This document shows, piece after piece, positions 17,737-25,450 of a stretch of 38,632 bases of DNA (the stretch's first letter is position 1; every line of letters begins with the position of its first letter). Location: the IMG/VR virus record IMGVR_UViG_3300020045_004025, positions 1 to 38,632 of that record. One strand, 5' to 3'. The position numbers were made by a program, and so were the translations under genes. Below the pieces are notes generated by a model, which did not search any database, was not told where the DNA came from, and saw nothing but the letters and a program-made list of their open reading frames with translations. This DNA is from a virus. Taxonomy: Duplodnaviria > Caudoviricetes.

Positions 17737-17940
17737 ATGAATTGCAGATGGATTGAAATAGATAAATTTGATTTTGAAAAAGAAACTGATTTTGATTGCT
17801 ATATTTTTATGGATAACAAAGTTGTAAAAGCAAAGTTTTTTAAAAATACGTTTTCTTTTAATTATGGTTTTTGTGGTAAAAAAGTACCAACACACGTTAT
17901 GAAAATTCCAATTCCAAAACAACCTAAAATATATTTTTAA
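17737..17940 (+). CDS. Cassette 2 ORF, DUF551-like protein (67 aa)
   Basis: ATG at 17737; starts WIEI and ends PTHVMKIPIPKQP, resembling DUF551 W-I...THWMPLPEPP. Confidence 0.65.
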   Translation: MNCRWIEIDKFDFEKETDFDCYIFMDNKVVKAKFFKNTFSFNYGFCGKKVPTHVMKIPIPKQPKIYF

Positions 17941-18007
17941 AACAAATTGTAGCATTGATGCTAACTCCTTTATACTCGCTATCAACCTATTTAAACCTAT
18001 ATAAACA

Positions 18008-18286
18008 ATGAATAAAAACTTTGACATAATAATTTACTCTAATTATTTTGAGTTAGAAAACAGAGTATTTGCTTTTAGAAAAAAGCAATTATTTGACATT
18101 ACCAATTTACCAACTTTAGTAAATTTAAAAGATAATAATAATTGTTTAGGATATTGGATTAATAGAAAATGGTTTACTTTGTCGAAATTAAATCTATTGA
18201 TTAAAAAAGAACAAAAAATAGTTGATGTAAGTAGTTTACAATGGTATCAACAAATAGAATTAGATTGTGTATTTAACTTAAATTAA
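18008..18286 (+). CDS. Hypothetical protein directly downstream of the cassette array
   Basis: 92 aa ORF with a GYWINRKWF motif. Confidence 0.75.
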   Translation: MNKNFDIIIYSNYFELENRVFAFRKKQLFDITNLPTLVNLKDNNNCLGYWINRKWFTLSKLNLLIKKEQKIVDVSSLQWYQQIELDCVFNLN

Positions 18287-18290
18287 AAAA

Positions 18291-18443
18291 ATGCCACCAC
18301 CAAAGAAAACAACAACAAGGGTAAATATAGTATTTATGCCTTATCAGAAATCGAGTAAAAGTTATAGTTTTCACATTGAAGAAAACTTAACCAAAGAAGA
18401 AAAAATAAAACAAATTAATGAATTTTTAAAAGAAGTGTTATGA
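18291..18443 (+). CDS. Hypothetical protein (50 aa)
   Basis: Hand-translated MPPPKKTTTRVNIVF...; ATGA overlap with the next gene. Confidence 0.65.
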   Translation: MPPPKKTTTRVNIVFMPYQKSSKSYSFHIEENLTKEEKIKQINEFLKEVL

Positions 18444-18976
18444 GAGTAGAAGAATTAAGGATAGGGAATTATTTAGGTCATTATGTTTATGAAAATGGAA
18501 TTATAATAAGCAGTAATGGAAAACAAATATCAGAAAATATTAACGATAAAGGTTATCCTCAAGTTTCTTTATTTTACAATGGTAAAAATTACTCAAGAAG
18601 AGTTCATAGAATTTTAGCAGAGTTATTTATTCCAAATCCAGAAAATAAGCCACAAGTAAATCATAAAGATAGGAATAGAGCAAATTATGATTTAGAAAAT
18701 TTAGAATGGTCGACTGCTAAAGAAAATGTAATTCATTCAGTTATTAATGGCGGTAGATTAAATTGGTTTAGAGATAATAAAATGTCTAAAAATCCGAAAT
18801 CTAAATTGTGCGAAAATGACGTTGTAAATATTAGAAGTTATTATAATAATAAAATATTTACACAAGTACAATTATCTAAAAAATATCAATTAGGAGTTCC
18901 TACAATAAACAAAATAATTAAAAATAAATTATGGAATTTCGCACTAACTAACCAAGAATTAAATATAGAACTATGA
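18440..18976 (+). CDS. HNH homing endonuclease with C-terminal HTH, fused to the termini of a resident gene
   Basis: RVHRILAELFIPNPENKPQVNHKDRNRANYDLENLEW is HNH_3-like; C-terminal KL..DV..IR...TQVQLSKKY is HTH-like. Confidence 0.9.
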   Translation: MRVEELRIGNYLGHYVYENGIIISSNGKQISENINDKGYPQVSLFYNGKNYSRRVHRILAELFIPNPENKPQVNHKDRNRANYDLENLEWSTAKENVIHSVINGGRLNWFRDNKMSKNPKSKLCENDVVNIRSYYNNKIFTQVQLSKKYQLGVPTINKIIKNKLWNFALTNQELNIEL

Positions 18977-19305
18977 TACTAACCGATAAATGCAAAGAGG
19001 AGTTTGAACTATGGTTTAGACAAAAAAAGGCAAATTCAAAATTCAGATTTTGGATGCTTATTGAAATTGAAGAAAGTGTTTTAAACGCACTTATAATTGA
19101 GTTTTTTGATAGTTTTGGGATTTATATAAGTGTAGAGGTTTACGGTAGTCCTGAATTTAAAATAAAATACGAATCTATTGTATCAATAAAAAGTGAAGAT
19201 TGGTATCTACAAGGTCAATTTAGTGAAATATATCTAACCCGCTCCGAAGCAACACAAAGCGCAATTTTAAAGGCAAACGAAATTTTTAATAACTTAAATA
19301 AATAG
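18973..19305 (+). CDS. Hypothetical protein
   Basis: 110 aa, coupled to the upstream gene; TRSEATQSAILKANEIFN. Confidence 0.8.
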   Translation: MILTDKCKEEFELWFRQKKANSKFRFWMLIEIEESVLNALIIEFFDSFGIYISVEVYGSPEFKIKYESIVSIKSEDWYLQGQFSEIYLTRSEATQSAILKANEIFNNLNK

Positions 19306-19309
19306 AGAG

Positions 19310-19465
19310 ATGAAAGAAGAAATTTTAAAAGAAGAAATTAATATTGATGATATTTGGATGGAAGTATGTAGTTGTGTTGTTCAAGATGCTTTTATTAACT
19401 CAATACACGTTACTGAAACTATTCAAAAATTAAAAGATAAATTTGTTATAAATAAAAAATTATGA
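19310..19465 (+). CDS. Hypothetical protein (51 aa)
   Basis: Hand-translated MKEEILKEEINIDDIW... Confidence 0.6.
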   Translation: MKEEILKEEINIDDIWMEVCSCVVQDAFINSIHVTETIQKLKDKFVINKKL

Positions 19466-19629
19466 ACGTAAAAGAATTAATAGAAATAAATGAAATTAAA
19501 TCTAAAACAATAACTGATTTAATATGTCATAAAAATACTAAAGAAGAAGAAAAAGAAACTCTATTAGCTTGTAGAAGATTTATAAGAGGTTTTATTTATG
19601 AATTAAAACAATTACAAAATGAAAACTAA
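19462..19629 (+). CDS. Hypothetical protein (55 aa)
   Basis: Hand-translated MNVKELIEINEIK...; overlaps both neighbours. Confidence 0.6.
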   Translation: MNVKELIEINEIKSKTITDLICHKNTKEEEKETLLACRRFIRGFIYELKQLQNEN

Positions 19630-19849
19630 ACTAATTTTATTATCAACTATTTTACTATTTAGTTGTGGAAGAAAAGAAGAAAAGAAAAGAAAATTTACAT
19701 TATCAGGAAGTGAAGATAATAATTGGAGTACTGCAAGCACAATAGAATGTGATAGTATTCAGATGCTAAGTTTAAATAAAGCATTTTATTATATAGATGG
19801 TCACAAATTTACTTTTTATTCAAAACTTATAAAAATACAATCAAGATGA
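19619..19849 (+). CDS. Small lipoprotein
   Basis: Signal peptide MKTKLILLSTILLFS-C with a lipobox. Confidence 0.75.
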   Translation: MKTKLILLSTILLFSCGRKEEKKRKFTLSGSEDNNWSTASTIECDSIQMLSLNKAFYYIDGHKFTFYSKLIKIQSR

Positions 19850-20352
19850 TAAATAAAATAAAAAATTACGCAATTATTACATTAATTATATGCGCCTTGT
19901 TACATTTAGTAAGTTGTGGAACTCGCAAAGTAAACAAATCAGACACCAAAGAAGAAAGTAAAACAGAGATTGTCGATACAAGTAAAACCGAAATTAAAAC
20001 AAATACCAATATTAAAGTTATCGATTGCACTGATACAGATGAAATTACAATAGCCCCAGTTGATAACACAAAAGAAATTGTAGTAAATGGTAAAACTTAC
20101 AAAAACGTATCTTTAAAGCATCGAAAAGTTAAAAACAATATAACTACTAACAAAGTTGAGAAAGTTGCTAAAATCGAACAGAAAGGTGTTTCAGTTAAAG
20201 AAGAAAGTAAAAAATCGGTTGCAATTAAACAAACCGAATCAACTAAAGGTAATTTTTGGAATTGGGTATTATTAATAATCTGTATTACTGCTTTCTTATT
20301 ATTTGTAATTTGGAGCAGAAAATACGTAAAAAAAGAAAGTGAAACAATTTAA
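19846..20352 (+). CDS. Putative unimolecular spanin (u-spanin)
   Basis: N-terminal lipobox LVS-C, Thr/Lys/Val-rich periplasmic region and a C-terminal TM (WVLLIICITAFLLFVIW). Confidence 0.75.
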   Translation: MINKIKNYAIITLIICALLHLVSCGTRKVNKSDTKEESKTEIVDTSKTEIKTNTNIKVIDCTDTDEITIAPVDNTKEIVVNGKTYKNVSLKHRKVKNNITTNKVEKVAKIEQKGVSVKEESKKSVAIKQTESTKGNFWNWVLLIICITAFLLFVIWSRKYVKKESETI

Positions 20353-20369
20353 TTAAAAAATTAGAAATT

Positions 20370-20732
20370 ATGGAATTATTTATTTGTTTGTCAATATTGA
20401 CAATTTTAGGTTTTATAATAGCTATGAAAAGCTATGATTATGAATTATTAGGTGCAATTATGTGTTTTATTTTTGGTATTTATTTATGTTTGCATATTTT
20501 ATTTTGCCTTGTTGCTACTTATGATTATAATAAATTTATTGTAAAAAGACAAGCATTTGTAGAAACTTTATATTATGCAAGAAAAAATAAAAATCAGTTT
20601 GAATTAGCTTCGATTACTAAAGAAGTTTCGGAATGGAATCAACAATTAGCATCTGCAAAATATGATAATAATGTTTTTTTATTAAAAGATTATACAGACG
20701 ATAGAATTATGTTATTAAAACCTATTAGATAA
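20370..20732 (+). CDS. Membrane protein (2 N-terminal TMs)
   Basis: 120 aa; hydrophobicity pattern. Confidence 0.75.
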   Translation: MELFICLSILTILGFIIAMKSYDYELLGAIMCFIFGIYLCLHILFCLVATYDYNKFIVKRQAFVETLYYARKNKNQFELASITKEVSEWNQQLASAKYDNNVFLLKDYTDDRIMLLKPIR

Positions 20733-20757
20733 ACTAAACCACAACACCACAACTACT

Positions 20758-20782
20758 AAACCACCTTAATCGGTGGTTTTTT
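20758..20782 (+). terminator. Intrinsic terminator
   Basis: AAACCACC-ttaatc-GGTGGTTT followed by a T-run. Confidence 0.85.
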
Positions 20783-20801
20783 ATTTAGAATTAATATAAA
20801 T
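20783..20801. promoter_or_regulatory. 19-bp palindromic operator ATTTAGAATTAATATAAAT
   Basis: Starts 54 bp upstream of the -7 element at 20837. Confidence 0.7.
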
Positions 20802-20836
20802 TAAGTTGTATTGTATTGTAATTAAAATAAAAGTAT

Positions 20837-20844
20837 TATATTTG
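20837..20844 (+). promoter_or_regulatory. -7 promoter element TATATTTG
   Basis: Consensus match, with TTG about 18-23 bp upstream. Confidence 0.75.
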
Positions 20845-20874
20845 CGTATAATTAATCACTAAAAAATAGAAATT

Positions 20875-21033
20875 ATGTATTACGCAGAAGAAATTATAGA
20901 CGGAATTTTATGTTTTAAAACAACGCCTAATGGAGAATGGAGACCTTTAGATGTTAGAACATTAACAAGTAGATTAGAAAAAGCAAAAGAAAGAATATTT
21001 CTTTTAGAAACTGAATTAGAAAATAAAAAATAA
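20875..21033 (+). CDS. Hypothetical protein (52 aa)
   Basis: Hand-translated MYYAEEIIDGILCFKTTPNGEW...; strong A-rich leader. Confidence 0.7.
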   Translation: MYYAEEIIDGILCFKTTPNGEWRPLDVRTLTSRLEKAKERIFLLETELENKK

Positions 21034-21038
21034 TAATT

Positions 21039-21215
21039 ATGAGTAACAAAGTAGGCTCACCGCCAAAGTTTAAAGTAGAAAGTACTACAATGCGAATTAG
21101 TCGAGTAGTTCCAAAAGAACAACACGATACAATCAAACAACAAGTAAACAATTTTATCAATCAACTACAATCCGAAGCACTACAGAAATGTGCGGATGAG
21201 ATTTTAAAAAAGTAA
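21039..21215 (+). CDS. Small basic protein, possibly DNA-binding (58 aa)
   Basis: Hand-translated MSNKVGSPPKFKVESTTMRISRVVP...; beta-strand/helix pattern suggestive of a ribbon-helix-helix fold. Confidence 0.55.
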   Translation: MSNKVGSPPKFKVESTTMRISRVVPKEQHDTIKQQVNNFINQLQSEALQKCADEILKK

Positions 21216-21219
21216 TGTT

Positions 21220-21513
21220 ATGGAATTTAAAGGAACAAAAGGGAAATGGGAAGTAACTAATCATAATGATGTATATTCTAAATATGCACTACCAATAGCT
21301 TTAATATATGATGGTAGTACAACGCTCAATTCATTTAAAGAAAGCGATATAGAAACTTGTAAATCCAACGCAAAACTAATCGCATCAGCTCCTGAAATGT
21401 TTGAGATGTTGAAAGATGTATTAGATACTAATAAGGAATACTGGGGACATGATGAAAACAGTGTTTATCAAATAGATGAAATTGAAAAACTACTAACTAA
21501 AATAACAGAGTAA
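21220..21513 (+). CDS. Conserved phage hypothetical protein
   Basis: MEFKGTKGKW...NAKLIASAPEM family motif. Confidence 0.8.
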   Translation: MEFKGTKGKWEVTNHNDVYSKYALPIALIYDGSTTLNSFKESDIETCKSNAKLIASAPEMFEMLKDVLDTNKEYWGHDENSVYQIDEIEKLLTKITE

Positions 21514-21770
21514 TGAAATACGATAGCACAAGAGCAGATTTAGATTTTCTTAATCCTAAAGAAATGGATGGCGAAATAGAAAAAAGCAGAAACGAGTTAT
21601 TTTGGGAATGTGAAGATAATACATCAGAAGCAATTAATTACGTTCACGAATTAGAAACTCAAATCAGAGAGGCTAAAGAATTATTAAAAGTTTATATTGA
21701 CGAATGCGGTCAAATGACTAACGGAATAGTAAAAAGTAGATTTAGTAAAATTTTAAAAGTATTAAAATGA
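21513..21770 (+). CDS. Hypothetical protein
   Basis: 85 aa, translationally coupled. Confidence 0.75.
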   Translation: MKYDSTRADLDFLNPKEMDGEIEKSRNELFWECEDNTSEAINYVHELETQIREAKELLKVYIDECGQMTNGIVKSRFSKILKVLK

Positions 21771-21904
21771 TAACCGACAACGAAATATTAGCTTTCATAA
21801 ACAAACCATCGATTAATCGAATTAGTTTAGTAGGAGAAAAATTAAAAGAAGTAGTAATTGAAATATTAACTGATAAAAAGAGAAATAATGACACTAAATT
21901 TTAA
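21767..21904 (+). CDS. Hypothetical protein (45 aa)
   Basis: Hand-translated; ATGA overlap. Confidence 0.55.
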   Translation: MITDNEILAFINKPSINRISLVGEKLKEVVIEILTDKKRNNDTKF

Positions 21905-22064
21905 ATTATCAAAAGACATTAAAGGTTTTACATTTGGAATAGGTATTGACTTTAAAACTAAATCATTAATGATAGGTTTCTTTTATTGGTGCTTTTCAAT
22001 CACAAGTGTAAAACTAAAAAAGAATATTAACAACATCGAAGTAATCGATTTTAAACAATTATAA
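21888..22064 (+). CDS. Hypothetical protein (58 aa)
   Basis: Hand-translated MTLNFKLSKDIKGFTFGIGIDF... Confidence 0.55.
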   Translation: MTLNFKLSKDIKGFTFGIGIDFKTKSLMIGFFYWCFSITSVKLKKNINNIEVIDFKQL

Positions 22065-22067
22065 GTT

Positions 22068-22898
22068 ATGGAAAAAATAAAAGTAAATGACAAAGTTAAA
22101 ATAATTGATTCAGACCAATTGTACACTACTTACTCTTTAATGTTTAACAAATTAGGATTTATAAATAAAGAAGTAAATAGAAAGCCTGATAATTATAAAG
22201 ATTTAATTTTTAATGTTGAAAAAAAATCAAGACACAAAACAGAGCAAGTAATGCTTTATTTTATAAAATGTGGTAACGTTGAATTATTAATAAGTAAAAA
22301 AGGAATTGAGAAAGCCGAAAAAACATACACTTTAACAGAAACATTCGTAAAAGAACTATGCAAAGAGCCAAATATTAAAGAGGCGTTTGTTAGAGAGGGT
22401 ATTGTTGAAGAAGAAAAGTTGGAAGTTGGGAAGTGGTATAAAGATACAAGAAGTGGGTCTGATGGTTTATTTTTCTTAGAAGAAATAAAAGACCATAAAA
22501 CAAATGGAATGAAGTCTTATGGATTTACAATGACAAATAAATGGGATTATTCAGCATATAGAAGTAACGAAGTTTTTAATAAACATATGCGTTTAGCCAC
22601 ACCACAAGAAGTAGAAAATGCTTTAATTTCGGAGGCTAAAAAGAGAGGCTTTGTTGATGGTATTAAATACAGAAGTCCGGAAATAAAAATTATAAATACT
22701 TGCAATAATAATTTTAGTTTTGATTTTTCTATAAATACATTATATAATAATGGTATAGCTATTTTTAGAAAAGGAACTTGGGCTGAAATAATAGAAGAAA
22801 ACCGCACAATTGAAATCCCTTTAAAAGATATTTTAGCAACTCCGAATAGTTACGAGTTAGGCGAAATGGTTAGAAAATTAGCAAATGATAAGTTATGA
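22068..22898 (+). CDS. Hypothetical multi-module protein
   Basis: 276 aa; modules LEVGKWYK, RLATPQEV and EAKKRGF...GTWAEII. Confidence 0.8.
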   Translation: MEKIKVNDKVKIIDSDQLYTTYSLMFNKLGFINKEVNRKPDNYKDLIFNVEKKSRHKTEQVMLYFIKCGNVELLISKKGIEKAEKTYTLTETFVKELCKEPNIKEAFVREGIVEEEKLEVGKWYKDTRSGSDGLFFLEEIKDHKTNGMKSYGFTMTNKWDYSAYRSNEVFNKHMRLATPQEVENALISEAKKRGFVDGIKYRSPEIKIINTCNNNFSFDFSINTLYNNGIAIFRKGTWAEIIEENRTIEIPLKDILATPNSYELGEMVRKLANDKL

Positions 22899-23242
22899 GT
22901 AAAATGTCAAACGTAGATAAAATAACTACAAGTGTTATGAGTTGTCAAATAGCATTAAATCAACTTGAGGCTATTAAATATACTCCTTACTATAAACAAT
23001 CGCTTAAAAACAAAATAAACGCTATTATACCCGAATTAATCAAAGCAGAACAAGATAATTACGATAAGTTTTTTGAAAGTAATTCAGAAAGTACCGACCA
23101 CGTTTATAAAGTTTTTGAGTTGTTTATAAAAAGAATTTCGGAAGTTCCAATTTACGACATGGAAAATATCTGTTATATGATTGATGCTTATGATAAAGAT
23201 TCTAAAAGTATGAACGGAATAACTAATAAAATATTAAGGTAA
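22895..23242 (+). CDS. Hypothetical protein
   Basis: 115 aa, translationally coupled. Confidence 0.75.
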   Translation: MSKMSNVDKITTSVMSCQIALNQLEAIKYTPYYKQSLKNKINAIIPELIKAEQDNYDKFFESNSESTDHVYKVFELFIKRISEVPIYDMENICYMIDAYDKDSKSMNGITNKILR

Positions 23243-23403
23243 TGGAATTTAAAATAGTAGAATATTGGTTACGAAACAAAGAAAATACTTATACCGAAAT
23301 AGCTGGTTATTTTAAAACAACCGCTTATTATGTGCAAACCGCAATAGATAAGTATTTAAAAGAGCCTTATATTATTCGACAAAGCAAACTTAATAATGAC
23401 TAA
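23242..23403 (+). CDS. Small HTH-like protein (53 aa)
   Basis: Hand-translated; TYTEIAGYFKTTAYYVQTAI is HTH-like. Confidence 0.55.
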   Translation: MEFKIVEYWLRNKENTYTEIAGYFKTTAYYVQTAIDKYLKEPYIIRQSKLNND

Positions 23404-23515
23404 AGCCGAAAAAACACGCATTTGGTACGCTAAAAATAAAGAGCGAAAAAAAGAATATAATAAAGAGTATTACAAACGAAAATTAATTGAAAAAATATTG
23501 TTTAAAGATGGCTAA
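23396..23515 (+). CDS. Small basic protein (39 aa)
   Basis: Hand-translated; WYAKNKERKKEYNKEYY. Confidence 0.5.
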   Translation: MTKAEKTRIWYAKNKERKKEYNKEYYKRKLIEKILFKDG

Positions 23516-24710
23516 AATAAAAGTAAGACTAAAACCGCACGAGGCAATAGCTTTAGGTTTTGAAGTAAAATCAGATTATAGCATTGGTAATCCAAAATAT
23601 TACTTATCAGATAGTCAAAACAAAGAACTATTAAAAATACGTTATATTCAGCAAACCGAATTTATTGAAGTAAAAAGAACTTTAAATAAAGATGGTGAAG
23701 TAGTTTCTAAAGTAGAAAAATTAAGCCCTAAAGAATTGATTGAAATACCTTTAAATCACGAAATTAAACGAGTTTCAACAAACGTATCAACTAAACAACA
23801 ATGGGTAATTACAGAGCCTATTAAACACGTTGAAATTGAAAAAGAAATCGATTTCTTAAATATTTTTAAAGGCGTAATCGAACCTGTGCAAATTGACAAC
23901 AAGTTCAAATCAAAAGCGTTATTCGATAGAGCGGTTTTAACAGACGTTCATGTTGGTATGAAAGTTAACGATGGATTTTCTTTGTATGATGGTTTATGGA
24001 ATGAAAACGAACTATTTAAAAGGCGTGATATATTTGTAAATGAAATCATAAAAAATCAAAAATCAAACGTTCTTTTACTTCACGAATTAGGCGATTTTAT
24101 GGATGGTTACGATGCAATGACTACAAGAGGCGGTCACGAATTACCGCAAAATATGGATAATCAAAAAGCATTTGATATTGGTTTGCAGTTTAAAATTACC
24201 TTAATCGACGCACTTTTGCAACATTATAATAAAATTCACGTTGTAAATATTTGTAATGACAATCACTCAGGTAGTTTTGGTTATATTGTAAATTCCGCAT
24301 TTAAGGTTTATATCGAAATGAAATATCCTAAAAATGTTGTAGTAGTAAACCAACGTAAATTTATTGACCATTACTTTTTTAATAATCGATGCTTTATATT
24401 AACACATGGAAAAGATGACAAAAGTCTAAAGTTTGGGTTTAAACCTAAATTAGACGCTATTCAAATTGAAAAAATAAAGAATTACATTGATGAATACAAA
24501 TTACATAACTATAAAATTGAGTTCGGTAAAGGTGATAGTCATCAGTTATTATTTGACCATACGAGTAGCACCTCATTTGAATATCAAAACTTTGGTGCTT
24601 TTTCGCCACCATCTGACTGGGTGAAAGTAAATTTTAAGAACACTAAAAGCAGTTTTACAACTATGAACTATTACGAAAATCAAAAAACTATTAACCATTA
24701 TATTTTTTAA
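23508..24710 (+). CDS. Calcineurin-like metallophosphoesterase
   Basis: Motifs TDVHVG, GDFMDG, NDNH, THG and GDSH; likely ATG at 23508. Confidence 0.85.
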   Translation: MAKIKVRLKPHEAIALGFEVKSDYSIGNPKYYLSDSQNKELLKIRYIQQTEFIEVKRTLNKDGEVVSKVEKLSPKELIEIPLNHEIKRVSTNVSTKQQWVITEPIKHVEIEKEIDFLNIFKGVIEPVQIDNKFKSKALFDRAVLTDVHVGMKVNDGFSLYDGLWNENELFKRRDIFVNEIIKNQKSNVLLLHELGDFMDGYDAMTTRGGHELPQNMDNQKAFDIGLQFKITLIDALLQHYNKIHVVNICNDNHSGSFGYIVNSAFKVYIEMKYPKNVVVVNQRKFIDHYFFNNRCFILTHGKDDKSLKFGFKPKLDAIQIEKIKNYIDEYKLHNYKIEFGKGDSHQLLFDHTSSTSFEYQNFGAFSPPSDWVKVNFKNTKSSFTTMNYYENQKTINHYIF

Positions 24711-24711
24711 T

Positions 24712-24804
24712 ATGGAAACAATAATTTTTATATCATTCGCTTTATTAATCTACATGGCATATCTTTTAGGAAAAAAAGAGGGAAAAAAAAATAAAAAACT
24801 ATGA
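24712..24804 (+). CDS. 30-aa single-TM peptide
   Basis: METIIFISFALLIYMAYLLGKKEGKKNKKL; coupled on both sides. Confidence 0.5.
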   Translation: METIIFISFALLIYMAYLLGKKEGKKNKKL

Positions 24805-24904
24805 AACCACTACACTACAGAAATGGAAATAATTACGATGTAATAGATTTTGTAAAAGATAATGAACTTAATTTTAACATTAGTTAAGGTAATATTTAAA
24901 GTAT
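24801..24904 (+). pseudogene. Truncated DUF3310-like 5' remnant
   Basis: MKPLHYRNGNNYDVIDFVKDNELNFNIS* followed by decayed G-N-I-x-K-Y codons; homologous to 25443-25670. Confidence 0.75.
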
Positions 24905-24910
24905 TTTTAT

Positions 24911-24918
24911 TATATTTG
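24911..24918 (+). promoter_or_regulatory. -7 promoter element for the endonuclease
   Basis: TATATTTG ending 25 bp before the ATG at 24944. Confidence 0.6.
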
Positions 24919-24943
24919 TATTTATTAATTAAATATTTAAAAT

Positions 24944-25450
24944 ATGATAAAACACGGATTATCTAAACATCCACTTTACAAAACTTGGAATAACGTAACA
25001 CAAAGAGTTGGAAAGCATAGGTCTTATAAAAATATAGGAGTATGTAATGAATGGCTAACTTTTATAAATTTTTATAATTGGAGTGTAAATAATGGATGGG
25101 AAAAAGGATTAACTATTGATAGAATAGATAATTTTGGTAATTATGAACCAAAAAATTGTAGATGGGTAACTATGAAAATTCAATTAAGAAATCAAAGTAG
25201 AAATAGATATTTTGAGTATAATAATGAAAAAATATTATTACAAGATTTATGTGATAAATATAATATAAATAGAAATACTTTTAACAAAAGATTTAGACTT
25301 GGATGGAGTATTGAAAAAATTATAGAAACTCCTATATTAGATTTAAGAGAAATAAGACTTGGTAAAAAATTAAGTGAAGAAACTAAATTAAAAATTAAAG
25401 AAGCATTAAAAGGTAATAATAATAGAATTAAAAATAAAAAACATGAGTAA
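24944..25450 (+). CDS. HNH-type homing endonuclease with NUMOD3-like tail
   Basis: HGLSKHPLYKTW, VCNEW, TIDRIDNFGNYEPKNCRW; C-terminal GKKLSEETKLKIKEALKG. Confidence 0.85.
   Translation: MIKHGLSKHPLYKTWNNVTQRVGKHRSYKNIGVCNEWLTFINFYNWSVNNGWEKGLTIDRIDNFGNYEPKNCRWVTMKIQLRNQSRNRYFEYNNEKILLQDLCDKYNINRNTFNKRFRLGWSIEKIIETPILDLREIRLGKKLSEETKLKIKEALKGNNNRIKNKKHE

Noticed and set aside
17126-17965. CRISPR array, tRNA or simple terminators as an explanation of the hairpins
   Set aside because: There are no identical repeats with spacers, no cloverleaf and no U-tracts after the stems. The units contain whole genes.
20806-20820. TTGTA x3 tandem repeat
   Set aside because: Short and low-complexity, and it coincides with the -33 region of a promoter, so no separate function is supported.
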